From NCBI GenBank assembly GCA_029262415.1, contig JAJCZL010000001.1, forward strand, positions 53,368-117,367: a DNA stretch of 64,000 nucleotides, read 5' to 3'. Positions within the stretch are counted from its first letter, which is position 1. Each line of letters begins with the position of its first letter. Of this stretch, positions 58,652 to 64,000 are shown piece after piece. The stretch comes from Deltaproteobacteria bacterium. Its GTDB lineage: Bacteria; Desulfobacterota; Binatia; UBA1149; JAJCZL01. A model generated the notes under the pieces. It was not told where the DNA came from. It worked only from the letters and a program-made list of their open reading frames with translations, and searched no databases. Both the position numbers and the translations under genes were made by a program.

Positions 58652-60664
58652 ATGCTCAGAAGAAAGTTCCTCAGATGGATCGTCGGGTTCGGCGGCGGTT
58701 ACTTCACGGTTGCAGCAGGGACCGGCGTTGCGCCATTGTTGCGAATCAACACGGCGTTACTTACCGAGGCCCGCGCGCAAGAGCCCTGCGGCCAGGATAC
58801 CTGCACGATCTCGGACGTGTGCCAAGCTGACAGCGTCGGTCATACCTGCCAGGTACGCGACGTATGCGACGAGGACGGCTCAGGTGACTGCACCAACGAC
58901 GAGTGCACCCAAGATGCATCGCTCGACTGCAGCGGCGACCGCTGCATAAGCGACGCTTCGGGTTCTTGCACGAACGACGGCGGTCCCGCCTGCACCGACG
59001 ACCAGAGCTGCCCGGCTGACGAAGTGGGTTGCCGCGATGATTACTCGGGCGTCTGCGGTTCGGACAGCTCGGGTACTTGTACGAACGACTCCTGCGGCTC
59101 GGACAGTTCGAAAGAGTGTCAGAGTGACATCTGCGCCGCCGACTCATCGGGCAGTGGAGATACGGATTTCTGCGTTGCCGATAGCTCCGGTGGGTGCCAA
59201 AACGACGACTGCGTTTCCGACAAATCTGGTGATTGTGGGAACGACCTGTGCCTCAGCGATAAATCGGGCCAATGCACCGGCGATCGTTGCCGCAGCGACA
59301 GTTCAGGGGACTGCACGAACGACGGCGGTCCGGCATGCATCGAGGATCAGAGCTGCCCGGCCGACGAAGTTGGCTGCCGCGATGATTACTCGGGCGTCTG
59401 CAGTTCGGACAGCTCAGGGTCTTGCACCAACGACTCCTGCGGCTCGGACAGCTCGAAAGGCTGTCAGAGTGACATCTGTCTCGCCGACTCGTCGGGCGAC
59501 GGTAGTACCGATTTTTGCATTGCTGACAGTTCCGGGCAGTGCGACGTAGATAGCTGCATTTCAGATAGATCGGGTTCTGGGAACCACGACGACTGCCTTT
59601 CAGATAGTTCCGGAGCCTGCACGGAGGACCTCTGCAGATCAGACAGCTCCGGCGACTGTACCGGCGACCGCTGCCGCTTGGACTCCTCGGGAATCTGCAC
59701 TGAACACGACGTGTGCGTACGGGATGCGTCGTTTCCTTGCGCGAGCGACCTGTGTAGGGACGACCGCAGCCCGGCCGACTGTGCAGCCAAGGACACGTGC
59801 GCGCTCGACTTGGCAGGCAACGGCCGATCGACGGGCCGGCGCCTCGCCCGCGCAGGGCTCAGTCGAACGTTGCACTGGTTATACGGAATTTCCTCGCTCG
59901 CGCTCGCTGTCGCGCTCGGGCACGGCGTCGCGCGCGCTGCCGTCGTGATCGACGCTACCGATGCCGTCTTCTTCCCGGATGTGACCTACGCGACTGGACA
60001 AACGGTTAGCGTGGGCGCACCGGTAGGGCCGTTTCTGCGCGACTGTGACGACGACGGCAGCCTCGAGGCCGATACCAACGGCGACGGCGCTTGCAGCGGT
60101 GATCCTGAGGTGGATGACTTCAATGGCGACGGCAGCCGTGAACTGCCGCCGGCTACGGCCTTGTCCGGAAACTACGAGTTCACCTGCTTTTTTATCCCCG
60201 ATGATGTCGCGATCATCGTAACCGGCCCGCTCAGCGTGACGGCATCGATGGAGGTCGCGGTGTTCGGTGTGCTGAGGCTTGCGTCGGGAGCCGATGTATC
60301 TTCGTCGGCGATGATCGATACGCGCACGAGTGCCTGGCTGTCCGAGGACGGCTCGCCGATCAACCTGACTACAGGGCTTGTCGGGACCATCGACGAGAGC
60401 GACAGCGGCTTCGACGGTAGAGAAGGTGTGCCGCCGATTTTGTACACGAGCCTTTGCGATACGAACGGGCTGTGCGGTGACGCCAACTCCGACGGTCGTA
60501 TCACCGCGACGGACGCCTTGGCGGTTCTCAAGAACGCCGTTGGTCTGGGCGTGTGTTCCGCTGCCGTTTGCGACGTGAATTCCTCGGGCGGCGTGACGGC
60601 GACCGACGCACTTCTGGTTCTCCAGAAAGCGGTGGGCGTGGCGGTGACCCTGGACTGTCCTTGA
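58652..60664 (+). CDS. Twin-arginine-signal Cys/Asp repeat protein B with a C-terminal dockerin-like domain
   Basis: LRRKFL, ARA-QEPC; 48 Cys in residues 46-386, each followed by D at +3 or +4; second RR-plus-hydrophobic segment; GDANSDGRITATDAL...DVNSSGGVTATDAL duplicated dockerin-like motif at 60473-60661. Confidence 0.87.
   Translation: MLRRKFLRWIVGFGGGYFTVAAGTGVAPLLRINTALLTEARAQEPCGQDTCTISDVCQADSVGHTCQVRDVCDEDGSGDCTNDECTQDASLDCSGDRCISDASGSCTNDGGPACTDDQSCPADEVGCRDDYSGVCGSDSSGTCTNDSCGSDSSKECQSDICAADSSGSGDTDFCVADSSGGCQNDDCVSDKSGDCGNDLCLSDKSGQCTGDRCRSDSSGDCTNDGGPACIEDQSCPADEVGCRDDYSGVCSSDSSGSCTNDSCGSDSSKGCQSDICLADSSGDGSTDFCIADSSGQCDVDSCISDRSGSGNHDDCLSDSSGACTEDLCRSDSSGDCTGDRCRLDSSGICTEHDVCVRDASFPCASDLCRDDRSPADCAAKDTCALDLAGNGRSTGRRLARAGLSRTLHWLYGISSLALAVALGHGVARAAVVIDATDAVFFPDVTYATGQTVSVGAPVGPFLRDCDDDGSLEADTNGDGACSGDPEVDDFNGDGSRELPPATALSGNYEFTCFFIPDDVAIIVTGPLSVTASMEVAVFGVLRLASGADVSSSAMIDTRTSAWLSEDGSPINLTTGLVGTIDESDSGFDGREGVPPILYTSLCDTNGLCGDANSDGRITATDALAVLKNAVGLGVCSAAVCDVNSSGGVTATDALLVLQKAVGVAVTLDCP
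58967..59656 (+). repeat. 345-bp (115-aa) internal tandem duplication in protein B
   Basis: CTNDGGPAC...CPADEVGCRDDYSGVC starts at 58967 and again at 59312; the register holds to 59656. Confidence 0.9.
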
Positions 60665-60692
60665 AGGAGCCGTAGGGTACCGGAGCAGAAAT

Positions 60693-61196
60693 ATGAATCT
60701 TGACATTCACGAACGCGACGTCGAACCAATACTCTGCCGTACCTGTGCGGCTTGCTGCAGGGTTACGCTATCGCTGCGCGATACGGTGTCGCGATACCGG
60801 TGTTTCCTCAGGCAGATAGGCTACGAAGTGCTGCCTCCACGCACGTCGACGAGTGCCGATTGTTGCGACAAGCGGCACGATGCACGCCTGGACATGGGGT
60901 ACTGCAAGTACCTTGAGATCGGCAATACGCCCGCGACAACCGCGTACCGCTGTCGCATTTACGAAAGCGAAGAGATGCCGCAGCTCTGTACCGACTACAA
61001 TTGTGTGAGCTGGGCCAAGGCGAACGATACCTACAACGAGAAAAACGCCACCCTGGTCAAGGCGCAGGAGGCTCTCGAGCGGCTACGCTCGAACGGCGCA
61101 GTAGGTACCGTAAGCAGTTCTGGAGGGCGCGAAGCCCTTGCTTGCCCGCTAAATCAAGTGGAGACTACGAAGGGGGCAGGCAAATGGATAGGATAG
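60693..61196 (+). CDS. YkgJ/CxxCxxCC-family Cys-cluster (Fe-S or Zn) protein
   Basis: CRTCAACC, DCC, YCKYL, CRIYE...PQLCTDYNC. Confidence 0.78.
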   Translation: MNLDIHERDVEPILCRTCAACCRVTLSLRDTVSRYRCFLRQIGYEVLPPRTSTSADCCDKRHDARLDMGYCKYLEIGNTPATTAYRCRIYESEEMPQLCTDYNCVSWAKANDTYNEKNATLVKAQEALERLRSNGAVGTVSSSGGREALACPLNQVETTKGAGKWIG

Positions 61197-61600
61197 AATG
61201 GAGTGACAGACTCAGCGTTGGCGTTAAACAGCTTGATGAACAACACATCCGTATCATCCGCATGATCAACCGCATGATCGATCACGTGAATAGCCAGATT
61301 GCTGTCGATGATTGGGATATTATCTCTGACACGCTCTTTGAGATGACGCAGTATTCTCAGGATCACTTCGATTGCGAAGAGGCACTCATGAACAGGTACG
61401 GATACCCAAAGGGCGATCACCAGGAGGAACTCCACATGGAGTTCCTGGAGACAACCGTTGAGCTTTCCCGAACTCTGGAATCCCCCACGAAACACTCGCT
61501 TGAAGAGTTACTTGCATATCTAGGGAATTGGTGGGTTGGGCACATCCTTGGAGAGGATATGCAATATAAGCTATTTTTCGCCGACCACGGCGTGACATAG
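61184..61600 (+). CDS. Bacteriohemerythrin
   Basis: EWSDRLSVGVKQLDEQH, HFDCEEALM, GYP, HILGED; ATG 61184 overlaps the upstream stop. Confidence 0.92.
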   Translation: MDRIEWSDRLSVGVKQLDEQHIRIIRMINRMIDHVNSQIAVDDWDIISDTLFEMTQYSQDHFDCEEALMNRYGYPKGDHQEELHMEFLETTVELSRTLESPTKHSLEELLAYLGNWWVGHILGEDMQYKLFFADHGVT

Positions 61601-61758
61601 TAGAACAAAGCGCAACCTCGAACCCGTCACCCGAATTGGGACACGCGACGACGCGGCTTCTCGGGCAGCGCCGGATCTACCAACTCGCGCACCTCGGCCA
61701 ACCGCCTTTGCGAACATTAAGGTAGCGATAGAGACTTATGCCGTAACTACCTGATAAG

Positions 61759-61832
<74 letters not shown>

Positions 61833-61852
61833 TCACCGGCGAATAGAGAGTT

Positions 61853-62395
61853 CTAGCCTTTGGAGGAGCCGCCTGCAAAAGACCGCACGATGTGCTCGTG
61901 GGGTGAGCCTCCGACGCGCACGTCGGTGACCGCTATGCGCGGAAACGGGTCGCCGGGGTGCGGCGTGACCGCCGACATCAGATTCACGACAACGCGGAAC
62001 TGGGCGTCGCTCAGTTCTATATCGCTATAGGCTTCGAACACGCATTCGGCGAGATCGGTCGGGCCGTCAAAACCCGTCGCGCTGAACCAGCCGCTGCGCA
62101 GCGAGGCTTCGTCGAGCCGGTGGTTGAACGACGCCGAGACGCCTGCGGAAAGTAGGCTCTTACATTCCACGTTGACGCTGTCGCCGACGAAGCGACCCAC
62201 CGGAGCGTACTGCACTACGTATTGCAGTGCGCCTACCGAGACTTCATCGAGAATCCCGAAGGTAACAACAAAATGGGTCTTGCCCTGTTTGGCCGAGACT
62301 GTGTTTGCGCCGGCCGCAGCGGCGGCAAGCGCCATCGCAACCAAAGCAACTGCTGCCCAGAACCCTTGTGACTTTGTAAGAAACCCTTTGCCCAC
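61853..62395 (-). CDS. Secreted protein, cohesin-like beta-sandwich
   Basis: Signal peptide; GALQYVVQY...FVG...VEC...FN...L..G..SATGFDGPTDLAECVF pattern. Confidence 0.55.
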   Translation of the reverse strand: MGKGFLTKSQGFWAAVALVAMALAAAAAGANTVSAKQGKTHFVVTFGILDEVSVGALQYVVQYAPVGRFVGDSVNVECKSLLSAGVSASFNHRLDEASLRSGWFSATGFDGPTDLAECVFEAYSDIELSDAQFRVVVNLMSAVTPHPGDPFPRIAVTDVRVGGSPHEHIVRSFAGGSSKG

Positions 62396-62623
62396 GATCG
62401 TTGATCCCCCGCTTTCGGGAGTCGCCTGCCCTGGGTTTCATCGAGTCACGCCGGTCTTGTTGCGTCCAGACGGATGCGCCGAATCCTTAGACTGAGAAAG
62501 GGTTTTTACACCACTTGGGTGGGCTTGAATGCTTAGAAACACGCGAGTGCGCAAGCGAACGCGCAGCCGTGATCTGCGCGCACCCGCAGCAAGACGCTCA
62601 CCCAAGTGAGGGGGAACGACGCT

Positions 62624-64000
62624 TCAGCCGATCGAGGGGTGTTTATCTACCCAAGGCGCGGCCTCTTCGAGCTGCGCGGCAAGGCGAATCAAAACGTCCT
62701 CAGCCCAAGGAGCGCCGACAAAGTGGACGCCGATCGGCAAACCGGCCTCGCTCCAGGCAAGCGGCAACGAGATCGCCGGCTGTCCGGTTGCGTTGAACAT
62801 CGGGGTGAACGGTGCCATGCCCGCTGCGTTCATCAGCGGCATCATCGGGTCGTTGTCGGCACCTTCGAACAGCGCCCCGATCTTGGGCGGCTCGTAGGCG
62901 ACCGTCGGCGTGACCAGGACGTCAAAGTCGCTCATCCAGTGAGAAACAATCGCGCGTGAAATCGTCTGTAGCTTCTGCAAAGCCTGCAGGTAGGTGAGGC
63001 TGTCTACCTGCGAAGAGATCTCACGCATCGCTGCGTTGCACGGTTCGATCTTGCTCCAATCTTGGATCGGCCAGTATACCGAACCGGTGTTCCACACCGT
63101 CATAAAAGAGGGATAAACCTCGGCGATGAGTTCGCCGAAGCTGAACTCTTCTTCGACGATCTCATGGCCGAGATCCGCGAGCAGCGCGGCCGTGTGGCGC
63201 ACAGCCTTGACGCACTGGTCGGCAACCGGGCTGCCGTTGGGTGATTGCGTCATGCACGCGACGCGGAGTTTTGCGACCTTCTCGCCCGCTTCCAATGCAA
63301 ACGGCCGCACCGGCGCGGGAGCGTTGTACCAGGCCAGCGGGTCTTGCACGGCGAGCAAATCGAGGATCGCTGCAGTATCGGCAACGGTATGCGTGACCAC
63401 TCCTTCGACGCAGCCTCCGTGCATGACGTCGGAGATTCCGGGAGGGCCCGAGGGCACACGCCCACGCGAGGGCTTGAGACCGACCAGCCCGCAGCACGAA
63501 GCCGGAATCCTGATCGAGCCGCCGCCGTCGTTGGCATGGGCTACCGGCGTAAGCCCGGACGCACACATCGAGGCGGCACCGCCGCTTGACCCACCAGGAG
63601 TACGCGATGTGTCCCACGGATTACGGGTTGCGCCGTACAATTCGTTCTCTGTCACTGACAGCGTACCAAACTCCGGCGTGTTGGTCCGGCACATGAACAA
63701 AAACCCACCCTTCTTGAAGTTGTCGACGACAGCGTCGCTGTGGTCGGCGACATAGTCCTTCGCGCCCTTGCAGCCGAAGGTAGTCGGCCAGCCGGTTACG
63801 CAGGTAAGGTCTTTGATGGGGATAGGCACGCCGTGAAACGGGGCCAGATCATCGCCGCGCATGACGGCATCGGTCGCGGCTTCGGCTTCCTTCAGGAATT
63901 CGGTGTCACGACGCCAGACGACGGCGTTCAACTGCGGATTGATCTTGTCGATTCGATCCAAATAGAACTGCGCAGCCTCGGTCGGGCTGATCTTCTTGGT
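62624..64000 (-). CDS. Amidase signature family enzyme (5' end beyond the window)
   Basis: GVPIPIKD, TNTPEFG, PGGSSGG, NDGGGSIRIPASCCG; frame stays open to the window edge. Confidence 0.95.
   Translation of the reverse strand, partial: TKKISPTEAAQFYLDRIDKINPQLNAVVWRRDTEFLKEAEAATDAVMRGDDLAPFHGVPIPIKDLTCVTGWPTTFGCKGAKDYVADHSDAVVDNFKKGGFLFMCRTNTPEFGTLSVTENELYGATRNPWDTSRTPGGSSGGAASMCASGLTPVAHANDGGGSIRIPASCCGLVGLKPSRGRVPSGPPGISDVMHGGCVEGVVTHTVADTAAILDLLAVQDPLAWYNAPAPVRPFALEAGEKVAKLRVACMTQSPNGSPVADQCVKAVRHTAALLADLGHEIVEEEFSFGELIAEVYPSFMTVWNTGSVYWPIQDWSKIEPCNAAMREISSQVDSLTYLQALQKLQTISRAIVSHWMSDFDVLVTPTVAYEPPKIGALFEGADNDPMMPLMNAAGMAPFTPMFNATGQPAISLPLAWSEAGLPIGVHFVGAPWAEDVLIRLAAQLEEAAPWVDKHPSIG

Noticed and set aside
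59150-59600. Selenocysteine or recoding at the Cys-to-Gly positions of protein B
   Set aside because: The codons are GGA, GGT and GGG; there is no in-frame TGA.
57680-59809. CRISPR array or non-coding tandem repeat
   Set aside because: The periodicity is at the protein level in open frames with synonymous variation; there are no identical repeats with unique spacers and no cas genes.
50940-61753. Integrase or transposase inside the island
   Set aside because: No ORF with tyrosine, serine or DDE recombinase motifs; the coding space is filled by other genes.
62396-62500. c-di-GMP-I riboswitch upstream of the cohesin-like gene
   Set aside because: Only a GAAA-loop-like hairpin is present; the conserved GGCAAACC and GACGCAAAGC elements are not.

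Overview
GC-rich bacterial chromosome segment. Dockerin-like, cohesin-like and Cys-rich secreted proteins suggest Candidatus Binatia or a related deltaproteobacterial lineage (inference only). It probably lies at the replication terminus, because a XerCD dif-like site sits at 9457-9484. Layout: (1) 1-17.5 kb holds housekeeping and surface genes: NRDE, three Tad pseudopilins, an ATM1-like exporter, a CoxD/CoxE-like pair, three sigma54-driven Flp pilins and dGTPase. (2) 17.5-50.7 kb is a stress/ion-homeostasis block: phosphoketolase, a 2822-aa cyclic beta-1,2-glucan synthase, USPs, phosphoglucomutase, a complete N-ATPase operon (atpDCQRBEFAG) with the Na+-type c-subunit motif, a P-type ATPase, a Pcm-erythromycin esterase fusion, and a 4xPAS kinase with an NtrC-type regulator. 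Seven sigma54-like promoters lie in this block. (3) 50.9-61.8 kb is a 10.9-kb island bounded by a 46-bp repeat of the 3' half of tRNA-Arg(CCT), with no integrase. The strongest candidate for a new system is in this island. It is an operon encoding an RRE-radical SAM/SPASM enzyme, followed by two twin-arginine-signal proteins (350 and 670 aa) in which all 89 Cys of the repeat regions are followed by Asp/Glu at i+3 or i+4, then a CxxCxxCC protein and a hemerythrin. This pattern suggests very large, exported, ranthipeptide-like substrates carrying many Cys-Asp thioether crosslinks. No database searches could be run, so family assignments rest on recognised motifs.
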